Of a DNA stretch of 19,989 nt, positions 1 through 7,760 are shown piece after piece (position 1 is the stretch's first letter; every line of letters starts with the position of its first letter). Source of the DNA: Deltaproteobacteria bacterium. Lineage in GTDB: Bacteria > Myxococcota_C > UBA6777. Location: the NCBI GenBank assembly GCA_002731275.1, contig PCBK01000053.1, positions 100,275 to 120,263 of the forward strand, read 5' to 3'. The notes beneath the pieces were generated by a model. It searched no databases, was not told where the DNA came from, and was given only the letters and a program-made list of their open reading frames with translations. Both the position numbers and the translations under genes were made by a program.

Positions 1-263
1 TTTTTTGTCTGAATGTCGCCTTCACAGCGCTCTACGATGGGACCAATATTCACGCCTGGATTTCTGTGACCCCCGAAGGTCTATGGCGTCGTTACACTGG
101 TTGGAGGGAGTTTGTGTTGTGGGCTGATGTCTCATATGGCGTGTACAAAGATGGAACACTTCGTCTGTTTCGGGGGGAGGACGAATATTTTGAGCTGCCG
201 CTGTACACAGATGTTGATATCCTCGAAGAGATCGGCAACCATATCGAGCTACAGAGACATTGA
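1..263 (+). CDS. 3' end of a gene of unknown function (partial, continues upstream of the window)
   Basis: The frame of the listed 66..263 ORF has no stop back to base 3, so it is a C-terminal fragment. The track's 'M' at 66 is actually a GTG. No recognisable motif. Confidence 0.4.
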   Translation, partial: FCLNVAFTALYDGTNIHAWISVTPEGLWRRYTGWREFVLWADVSYGVYKDGTLRLFRGEDEYFELPLYTDVDILEEIGNHIELQRH

Positions 264-328
264 TGTTGTGTTAGTATCCCCACGACGTTCAAAACAGATA
301 CGAATATAACGAGGAAAAGGAGTCGTTG

Positions 329-1579
329 ATGGCGAAGGTGGCGTATACACTGGTGAGTTTGATTGGCCTTGTGGTGATACTCTCTTCTGCCAGAAATTAT
401 CTGATTCCGCTGTTGCTCGCGGTGTTGTTTTGGTATCTGATCCGCCAAGCGCGTCTGTGGTTGCGACGGTTCTCCTTTGTCGAGCGTTGGTTCTCCCACA
501 ACTTCCAGAACGTGCTCGCGTCGTTGATCTTGTTTGGTATCGCGTTCTTCTTGCTTCAGGCGTTGTTGAGCAATATTCGCAGCCTCAATGCTTCGTTGGA
601 TCTCTACCAAAAGAACATCGCGACGCTCAACGCCGAACTACTTCAATGGACCGGGTGGGACGCGCTCAAACAGCTCGCAGAGTACAGCAAGTCCTTTCAA
701 CTCTCGACGTTGATTCGACCGATCAGCAAGGCCGTCTTTTTTGTCGCTGGAAACGGTTTGATGGTCACACTGTACACGCTCTTTTTGCTGCTTGAGGAGC
801 CACGACTCGCGCAAAAGCTTGAGATGATGTTTAAAGACGAAGAAGATCTGAAGAGTTTTCGTCAACTCATCACCGAGATCGACTACACCTGCTCCCAATA
901 CTTGAACATCAAGACCATCATCAGTGTCCTCACGGCGATGCTCAATTACGCTATCTTGTGGGCGCTTGGGGTGAAGTTTGCCTTCTTGTGGTCCTTCTTG
1001 ATCTTTACGTTAAATTATATCCCCAACATCGGGCCTCTCATCGCGACGATTTTTCCGACGATCGCGGCGATGTTGCAGTTTGGCCATATCGCGCCTGGGT
1101 TGTGGGTGCTCCTCAGTGTAGGGACAGTCCAGACCCTCTCTGGGAATATCGTTGAGACCAAATGGCTCGGCGATTCGATGAATGTCAGCACGCTCGTCAT
1201 TTTGGTCACGTTGGTCTTTTGGGGCGCTGTGTGGGGGATTGTTGGGATGTTTTTGAGTGTGCCGTTGACGGTGATTTGTTGCATCATCCTGTCACACATC
1301 CCATCCACACGCCATATCGCGATCCTGCTCTCTGCCACAGGCAACGTCTGTTTTGGAATGATGCCTGGCACACAAACAGAGCAAAGACATGCTGCTCCCG
1401 GCCAGTCAGAGGCCGTCAAGACGAACACGGCGGTCAAAACGGACGTACAATCTGATGACGAACAAGAGACGACTCTTTCGGAGAGTGACAGGGAAGAAGT
1501 GGACCAACAACAATCTGCGTCGTCAAAAAAGACTGCAAACCGGAAGAAAAAGAAGAAAAAGCGCCGAGGAAAGAGATAA
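329..1579 (+). CDS. AI-2E family transporter (PerM/YdiK-like, UPF0118) with a Lys/Arg-rich C-terminal tail
   Basis: Multi-pass hydrophobic protein with the family-typical 'NYIPNIGPLIATIFPTIAAM' and 'FLSVPLT' segments. ATG at 329 is preceded by AAAGGAG with a 6-nt spacer, so the TTG at 326 in the track is unlikely. The C-terminus is an acidic linker followed by KKKKKKRRGKR. Confidence 0.8.
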   Translation: MAKVAYTLVSLIGLVVILSSARNYLIPLLLAVLFWYLIRQARLWLRRFSFVERWFSHNFQNVLASLILFGIAFFLLQALLSNIRSLNASLDLYQKNIATLNAELLQWTGWDALKQLAEYSKSFQLSTLIRPISKAVFFVAGNGLMVTLYTLFLLLEEPRLAQKLEMMFKDEEDLKSFRQLITEIDYTCSQYLNIKTIISVLTAMLNYAILWALGVKFAFLWSFLIFTLNYIPNIGPLIATIFPTIAAMLQFGHIAPGLWVLLSVGTVQTLSGNIVETKWLGDSMNVSTLVILVTLVFWGAVWGIVGMFLSVPLTVICCIILSHIPSTRHIAILLSATGNVCFGMMPGTQTEQRHAAPGQSEAVKTNTAVKTDVQSDDEQETTLSESDREEVDQQQSASSKKTANRKKKKKKRRGKR

Positions 1580-1675
1580 CAAGGCGAGACTCCTCAAAAA
1601 TGGCTAAGGTCATTCAAAGGAAAGTGATGGCCCTTCTCCGTTCACCGGCCTGATGGCTGAAAGGAACCCAGTCTA

Positions 1676-3274
1676 ATGGAAACGAATACAGCGCTTGTCT
1701 ACGTCTATTTGGCAATCGGGATATCGGTGTGGGGAGGGATGTTGTACATGCTCGTCGCATTGAGTCGCGACGCGCTCGCCGATAAAGAACAGGCAAAGAG
1801 CGTCAACGCGCTCGTCTTTGCTTTGTTTGTGTTGTCTTCTGTAGGGTTTGCGGGATGGTTTGCCTGGAAGACCTCTGCTCCTCATACAAGCACAGCCTCA
1901 TTTAAGGGGCCGTTAAAGGAGCGTTACTTCAAGAAGCTGTTGGTGTGTGTCCAGAAAGACAAGCTCCCGACACAGCAAACAGGCGATCTTTCCCGATTTG
2001 AGTGGCGTTCATTCCCTTGTATGAAGCGGATCATCAAGCATGGAACACCGAAACAAGTCGCCCAAGCCTGGAAGTCGATATTGACGAAACCTACACGGGC
2101 CTTTCACTTTTTGTTTGAGGCAGAGGGGCTTCGTCTGAACCCGGCCAAAGCGCTCTTTGGGCTCCTGCGTTCCTCTCACCAAGCGGCGACCCTTCAGGTC
2201 CTTCGTGATGGCCTACGTGATCATCATCCGATGGTCAAACATGCCGGTCATCGCGTCGCGATCTTGCATCTTCTGAAAGTCTATTCTCCCTCACTCTCCG
2301 GCTTGTTCAAGGCAATCCAGGCGCGCCCTGTTGATTACCAACATATTCTTGGAGAAGGGGCGTTCTGGCTCGCACAATCACAAGGCAATCAAAAGGTCTC
2401 TTCACTTTTGCAGAAGGCGATCAAGCTCTGTTTGACACAGAAAAAACAAATGCGTGTGTGTGAGTTGATGATGGAGCGACTCGTTCATTTTCGTCGTAGT
2501 GCTCGATTGTGGGGGGAGAAGCAAACTTCTGGTGACAAGCAAGATGTCGTCTCCTGGAAGATCAGCAGATGGCGTCCTGCGTTGTTACGTGAGAAGCGTT
2601 TGACGCAGCTGTTGCAAAGTGGCAGAGGTGGAACCTCCAACGAGAAGGGGAGCGTTGAGAATATCCGTCGTGTGTCCTTTACCAAGGGAAAAGAGGGACA
2701 AACGATCGTCAAAAGCCTTGGGAAGCTTGGGCAAGTACTCACAACACAGCAAAGAGATGTGCTGTGGAAGCAGCTCTCATCTGCAGATACGCGCTCTTTG
2801 GGGTGGCTTTTGTTGACGTTACCTGCGGGTGATCAGACGATGTGTGTGCGTCAGACGTGGTCGCTGCCTGCGCCTTCATGGCATAGAGCCAAAAAACCTT
2901 ATGATTCTGTTGCCTACTCGGTCGCCGAACGTTGCGAGCGAGCACATCGACTTCCTGTGGGGGTGACAACACAACTTCTCGACAAAAAGTGGCCTGCTGT
3001 TATCCGGGCTGGACGGGCGAGTGATTTCTACAAGGTGACATACGTCGACCACGGTAGCATCCTGATTCCTTTTTCGTCCTACCAGAGAAGTCTTGATGGG
3101 GCTTTGGAGACGATGCCTATCAAGCAAGGTCTCTGGCCGCGTCCTTCGGCAGGTCGTAGTGTGTTGTTGATCGGCCCACTTCCTGTTGGGGAGTATACAT
3201 TCTCGTATGGGGGGATCAAGCGCACTGTTGATGTGAAGGACGACAAGACCGAGCAGATCTCCTTCGCGAAGTAG
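1676..3274 (+). CDS. Hypothetical protein, N-terminal double-TM anchor plus a ~460-aa soluble domain
   Basis: Long ORF with good codon structure in a GC-rich background. Two hydrophobic helices at the N-terminus (LVYVYLAIGISVWGGMLYMLVAL and LVFALFVLSSVGFAGWFAW). No motif I recognise. Confidence 0.6.
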   Translation: METNTALVYVYLAIGISVWGGMLYMLVALSRDALADKEQAKSVNALVFALFVLSSVGFAGWFAWKTSAPHTSTASFKGPLKERYFKKLLVCVQKDKLPTQQTGDLSRFEWRSFPCMKRIIKHGTPKQVAQAWKSILTKPTRAFHFLFEAEGLRLNPAKALFGLLRSSHQAATLQVLRDGLRDHHPMVKHAGHRVAILHLLKVYSPSLSGLFKAIQARPVDYQHILGEGAFWLAQSQGNQKVSSLLQKAIKLCLTQKKQMRVCELMMERLVHFRRSARLWGEKQTSGDKQDVVSWKISRWRPALLREKRLTQLLQSGRGGTSNEKGSVENIRRVSFTKGKEGQTIVKSLGKLGQVLTTQQRDVLWKQLSSADTRSLGWLLLTLPAGDQTMCVRQTWSLPAPSWHRAKKPYDSVAYSVAERCERAHRLPVGVTTQLLDKKWPAVIRAGRASDFYKVTYVDHGSILIPFSSYQRSLDGALETMPIKQGLWPRPSAGRSVLLIGPLPVGEYTFSYGGIKRTVDVKDDKTEQISFAK

Positions 3275-3340
3275 TGGTGGGTTGTAGGCTGTCGCAAGTC
3301 AAAAAGAAGGTCGGAAGAAGAAACGCAGGAGAGAGGGGCG

Positions 3341-4636
3341 TTATTGTCTGTTGATAAGTCCCTGAATGGCGGTGAGTGCGTGATCTTGCTCGTCGGGATT
3401 TTGTTGCAGGACGTGGTTGTCACTGTCGATGATCTGAAGATCGACTTGGTCACCGAGTAATTCTTTGAGCGCGATGCTGGAGGATGGATCTGCGAGGGGA
3501 TCGTTATCTCCGTGGATGATGGAGATGTTTCCTTGGGGGCGGAGTCCGTGTTGGAGGAGTGTTTGCATCCGTTCGAGGTCTTCGTTGGCGGAGGACATGC
3601 TGCGAAGTTGTGCTCTTACATCGTCGAGGACGGCGGTTTGTGCGCCTTTTTGTGCGCCCACTTTGTCCGTGGTTAAGACGGGCACACCTGCGCTTGGTGC
3701 CTGGATACGGTTGAGCAGGGGGAGTTTACTTGCGAGCCCGAGGACTTCGTTGGTGAAGCTGGGTGTTGAGCCGAGGAAGGGAGCTTGAAGGTAAGCATCT
3801 ACTCCCTCAGGCATGGGAGCACCTTCGAGCTCGATCATGTCATTGTCATTCATGAGGATTGCGCCGAGCACACCTGGTCCTGCGCCCATACTATTTCCGT
3901 AGAGCATGACACCAGCGTCTGGGTTGTCTGTATACTCACTGTCTACGACCTGTTGGGCGAAGGCCGTCATTGCGGCGACATCTCTTGCGACACCAAAGCC
4001 ACTGTCGACGCGTCCTGGTTGGCCGTCACTTTGTCCTGCCCATTGATGGTCCATCACGATAACGTCATGACCTTCTTTGTTGAGTTGTTCGATCTGTTCG
4101 TAGAAGTTACGACCTGTCTCTTGAAACCCTGGAGACAACACGATGACTTTTCCACTTGGTGTGGAGGAGGGGGCAAATCGTTGGTAGAAGAGTTCACGGG
4201 GTGGGATCTCTTGTCCATCCACTTTTCCTGCGGCAGTGACGAAGCCTTCGGTTACCTCTGCCGGGGTACGTCCCATACGTTCGAGGGCGATGGCTTTTTG
4301 TGTCGCGAATAGCTCACCATGTTTGAGGCGTTCGAGGGGGAGCTGTGTAACAGGTTGTCCCCACTGTGCCTCTTTGGCTTCTCGGAATTGCTGTAGCGCA
4401 TTGACTTCATCGGTCGTGCTGAGCCCTGTACTGAAGCTCTGTGCGAGCTTGGAGGTGAGGGGGTTGCGTTCAAAGATGTTGCCGTGGCTGCCTGGAGATT
4501 GGTCTTCGTTGTTCCAAATCCCATCGCGGTTGCCTTGGACATCTGCGAGTTCTTTCATCGTCGCAGCGAGCTGTGAGCGACTTCCCCATCCTGCAGGTGC
4601 TGTGAATTTCAAGCCCATGTTGGACATCCTTTCCAT
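3341..4636 (-). CDS. alpha/beta hydrolase, lysophospholipase/monoacylglycerol-lipase-like, with a ~160-aa N-terminal extension
   Basis: GNSMG nucleophile elbow (GxSxG). An 'IIHGDNDPL' Asp region and a C-terminal 'DNHVL' His complete the Ser-Asp-His triad. An upstream 'VLSPGF..G..Y..I...L...G..VI.MDH...G.S.G' block resembles the MGL-type beta3/helix region. No signal peptide. The start could be one of three ATGs within the first 7 codons. Confidence 0.75.
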   Translation of the reverse strand: MERMSNMGLKFTAPAGWGSRSQLAATMKELADVQGNRDGIWNNEDQSPGSHGNIFERNPLTSKLAQSFSTGLSTTDEVNALQQFREAKEAQWGQPVTQLPLERLKHGELFATQKAIALERMGRTPAEVTEGFVTAAGKVDGQEIPPRELFYQRFAPSSTPSGKVIVLSPGFQETGRNFYEQIEQLNKEGHDVIVMDHQWAGQSDGQPGRVDSGFGVARDVAAMTAFAQQVVDSEYTDNPDAGVMLYGNSMGAGPGVLGAILMNDNDMIELEGAPMPEGVDAYLQAPFLGSTPSFTNEVLGLASKLPLLNRIQAPSAGVPVLTTDKVGAQKGAQTAVLDDVRAQLRSMSSANEDLERMQTLLQHGLRPQGNISIIHGDNDPLADPSSSIALKELLGDQVDLQIIDSDNHVLQQNPDEQDHALTAIQGLINRQ

Positions 4637-4823
4637 TTTTGTGTTGATAGAGATCGTTGTCCATCATACAAAGCGAAGCTGATTGTGCTACCTTTATTTT
4701 GCACGGTTTGGGATCGAAAAGTGACTTGTTGTCCGAGTACTTGTGACATTATGACTTCAAACATCACTGGAGGGGGAGCGCTTTCGAGAGCTTGCATATG
4801 CTTTTGTGGGGAGTGGAGAGCTC

Positions 4824-5180
4824 TCACTCAAACTCTTCTTCAAATTGTAGCTCCATGTGTGTATTGACGGGGTGATGTAGCTCTCCTGTGACCAATATCT
4901 TCATGCGGACTTCCGAAGAGGCTGGGATTTGGTAGTGTTCACGTAACAGCTCCTCAATACGATCAAAATACACTTTGTGTTTGCCAAACATCATGTACAC
5001 GCCAGCAGAAGCCTCAACATCCCCCTGAAATTCGGATGGTATGGACATTGGAACATACGCACTTTTACGCTCAAGGTTGTCGATCTGTTCGACGCCAAAG
5101 TGATTGCACAGGATATTGTGGATAAGATTGAAGTAGACGTTGATATCCACTTCTGCGGTTGCTTTGATCTTTGGGCTCAT
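4824..5180 (-). CDS. Small acidic hypothetical protein (118 aa)
   Basis: ORF with AAGAGG about 8 nt upstream of its ATG. About 16 Glu versus about 10 Lys/Arg, with an EEEFE C-terminus. Sits 187 bp upstream of the hydrolase on the same strand. A 10-bp perfect palindrome GAGAGCTCTC lies just past its stop. Confidence 0.5.
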   Translation of the reverse strand: MSPKIKATAEVDINVYFNLIHNILCNHFGVEQIDNLERKSAYVPMSIPSEFQGDVEASAGVYMMFGKHKVYFDRIEELLREHYQIPASSEVRMKILVTGELHHPVNTHMELQFEEEFE

Positions 5181-5568
5181 GTACCAAACCTCTTGGAGTG
5201 GGCTTTTGGAAGAGAAGATCTCCTAAAGAGTCTTTGATTTTCGACAAATATACAGTGGTGCGCCTTGAAGTTCAATCGGTCTGGACCTAAGCGGTCGCTG
5301 TTTCTTTTGTCTGATGCGAATAGTGCTTGACTTTTTCACATTCTCATGGCACAACCACCATGAAGTTTGTTGGATCAGCCAAACAAACAACAGAAGACCA
5401 ATTTGGTCACCACAAATGAAATCAGTTCGTTTCCAAAGTGTCTATCCTTCGCCGAGCCTCCTTGAGTGTCTTTGCCTTCGTTATACACCCCACTAAATGA
5501 AAATGATTTTAAATGTGCACAACAGATTTGTGTTGCTGACGTAGATGTCGCAATTTCAGGAGTTTTTG

Positions 5569-5904
5569 ATGAGTAAAAAATTATTTGTTGGTGGTATCAG
5601 CTGGGGAACAAGTGAAGATAAACTGAACGAAGTTTTCGGTCAGTACGGAGAGATCGAAGAAACAAAGATCATCACAGATCGCGAAACTGGTCGTTCACGC
5701 GGTTTTGGTTTTGTCACATTTGTCGATGGTGCTGATGCTGACAATGCAATCCAAGAGCTCAATGGTACCGAACTCGACGGTCGTAACCTCAACGTCAACG
5801 AAGCACGTGAGAGAGCTCCCCGCAGCAACAACAACTACGGTGGCGGCGGCGGTGGCGGCTACAACCGTGGTGGTGGTGGCGGATACAACCGTGGTGGTTG
5901 GTAG
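5569..5904 (+). CDS. RRM-domain glycine-rich RNA-binding protein
   Basis: RNP2 'LFVGGISW' and RNP1 'RGFGFVTF' motifs are present. The C-terminus is NNNYGGGGGGGYNRGGGGGYNRGGW. Start placed at the second ATG (MSKKLFVGG) because CAGGAG lies 6 nt upstream. The track's ATG at 5545 lacks a ribosome-binding site. Confidence 0.85.
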   Translation: MSKKLFVGGISWGTSEDKLNEVFGQYGEIEETKIITDRETGRSRGFGFVTFVDGADADNAIQELNGTELDGRNLNVNEARERAPRSNNNYGGGGGGGYNRGGGGGYNRGGW

Positions 5905-5919
5905 ATAGCTCCCCCCCTC

Positions 5920-5947
5920 TGAGACACACTCTCTGTCAGGTGTCTCA
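5920..5947 (+). terminator. Possible stem-loop terminator after the RRM gene
   Basis: TGAGACAC-(12 nt)-GTGTCTCA, an 8-bp perfect stem, starts 16 nt after the TAG. The downstream tract is C/T-rich rather than a clean U-run. Confidence 0.3.
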
Positions 5948-6249
5948 ACCTCTTCCTCACACTTCTTTCCTGTCATCCATCCAAATCATCTCCAAAAACA
6001 TCATCTCCAAAACATCGTGTGTGCTACATTCATGTGGTTACGTGGTTTCTTTGCGAAGCAACGAGACAACAGCGGTTTGACTTTTTCCGTAACTTTGGGC
6101 CTTGTGTTCGAACTTGTTGTCGTACGTTCTTTTCGCGAGAGCGACCACTTGGGGTGCACTGTTGTGTGTGGCGTCTTTCGCCAGACATGGTACGTGGCGC
6201 CTTTTTCCCCGATTTTGTCTGAGACAACTCTAGTCACGAAGGAGATCCC

Positions 6250-6912
6250 ATGAACGCAACCAAAACATCTCTCACCACTCACTGTTTGTCGCTCCTGTGT
6301 GGCTACGTCCTGCTTGTCAGTGTACCATGTGTCGCATTGGCAGATATTGCACCTCCTGTCGGATACATCGAGAAATGTACTGTCAAGAAGCAACAAAAAG
6401 CAGATGAAGTGTGTCGTTGGTGTCGCACCTATTTTCGCAAACCCAAGGCCTGTCAAAAGCGTTTCAAAACGACGGTGTTCAAGAAACGATGTCGCAAAGG
6501 TGGTGCGTCTGTTTGGAGTGAGTTGTGGTGTGCTCCCAAAAAAGCCATCAAACAAAAGGCCGCAACAAAAGAGCAGAAGTCATCGGCAGGAAAGGTCGAT
6601 CATTCCAAGCCTGTCGAGGTTTTGCGTACTGTGTTTCGTGCCGCACGAAGCAACGATACATCGCTTTTGGCCGGATTGTGCGATCCCAAAGGGGAGAATG
6701 ACGGCGACACACGTCGACTTTGTAAAGCGACGAGTAAAAGCCCACGCTGGAAGATGTTTAAGAAGTTCTTTGAGAAAGGGAGCACCAAAGGGACTGTCAA
6801 ATTCGTGAAGGGTAAGGCCTACATTCCATTTATGTTTGGACCCGATGGGAAAAAAGGCGAGACAATGGTGCTGATCAAACGCGATGGTAAGTGGTATTTG
6901 TATAGTTTCTGA
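6250..6912 (+). CDS. Secreted Lys/Cys-rich hypothetical protein
   Basis: AAGGAG 5 nt before the ATG. N-terminal signal-peptide-like segment (LLCGYVLLVSVPCVALA). The mature part is very basic with paired cysteines (CRWCRTYFRKPKACQKRFK...CRKGG...WC). Confidence 0.6.
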   Translation: MNATKTSLTTHCLSLLCGYVLLVSVPCVALADIAPPVGYIEKCTVKKQQKADEVCRWCRTYFRKPKACQKRFKTTVFKKRCRKGGASVWSELWCAPKKAIKQKAATKEQKSSAGKVDHSKPVEVLRTVFRAARSNDTSLLAGLCDPKGENDGDTRRLCKATSKSPRWKMFKKFFEKGSTKGTVKFVKGKAYIPFMFGPDGKKGETMVLIKRDGKWYLYSF

Positions 6913-6933
6913 GTCTTGGCGTTTCAGCCTGTC

Positions 6934-7760
6934 CTATTTGAGTTTTCTTGCGAGATACCAACTTCCTTTGCTTTTTGCGCAAAACCCCGACTTGATCGAT
7001 GTGCTTCCTCTCCACTTGCCACATCTTTTTGACTTGATAAAACGCAGAGGAGGGCGCGCCCAACAGATCGCCTTTCCGTTTTTGACACCGAGGAAGTGAC
7101 GTCTCCCTGGACATGTCGGTGTCGATGGTTTGGGGACGCCTGCGTTCTTGATTTGTCGTGCGAGATACCAGCTTCCTTGATGCTTTGTACAAAAGCCCGC
7201 TTTGATCGAAGTGCTCCCTCTCCAGCGTCCACAATGTGAAGCCGCGATAAAACGCAGCGGCGGTCGCGCCCAACAGATCGCTTTGCCATACTTGACGCCG
7301 AGCAGTGGGCGTCTGCCTGGACACTTCACGCCACCTGTATTGCGAGGCGTTGGCGCGCCTTTTCCTTTCAGCTTTCTGACGAGATACCATCCTCTCATAT
7401 CCTTTGTACAGTGTCCCGAGAGGATGCTCAACGAACCTCTCCATCGTCCACAATGCTTTGTCTGGATGAAGGTCAATGGTGCTTTGGCCAGACACAAAGG
7501 CTTGCCATATTTCTTGCCCATTTGATGACGTCTTCCTGGACAACTCACTCCTGATGAATTGGGGGCTCCTTTTCCTCTGAGTTTGCGGGCGAGATACCAA
7601 CCTCCCATACTTTTCACACAGTAGCCGGCCTTGATCATTCTGTTTCCACCCCAGCTTCTACACTTTCTCGCGAGGATCGTGGGTTTGGGCTTGAGCTGCC
7701 AACAGATCGCGCGTCCATTTTTCAAGCCGAGACGTGTCTGTCTGGGAGGGCACACTGTCG
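6934..7760. repeat. Tandem ~210-bp DNA repeat x4, coding, in the 3' end of the M19-like gene
   Basis: The landmark 'gcgagatacca(a/g/t)c' recurs at 6951, 7160, 7379 and 7589 (periods 209/219/210), with long near-identical stretches between copies. It gives many spurious overlapping ORFs in other frames. Confidence 0.85.

Noticed and set aside
4808-4821. 10-bp perfect palindrome GAGAGCTCTC immediately after the small acidic gene's stop
   Set aside because: A perfect palindrome with no loop cannot form a conventional terminator hairpin. It could be an operator or restriction-type site. It is noted in the feature evidence only.
5695-5976. ORFs 5705..5908+ and 5695..5976- with poly-Thr/Val/Ala products
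   Set aside because: Frame artefacts of the (GGC/GGT)n glycine-codon run at the 3' end of the RRM protein gene.
5985-6015. Short tandem repeat atcatctccaaaa(a)c x2 downstream of the RRM gene
   Set aside because: Only two 14-15-bp copies in a non-coding stretch. Too small to interpret, and likely slippage debris.
6875-7600. 241-aa and 121-aa minus-strand ORFs and the 107-aa plus ORF in 6875-7600
   Set aside because: Alternate frames of the 4x tandem repeat in the M19-like gene. Repetition keeps the off-frames open.
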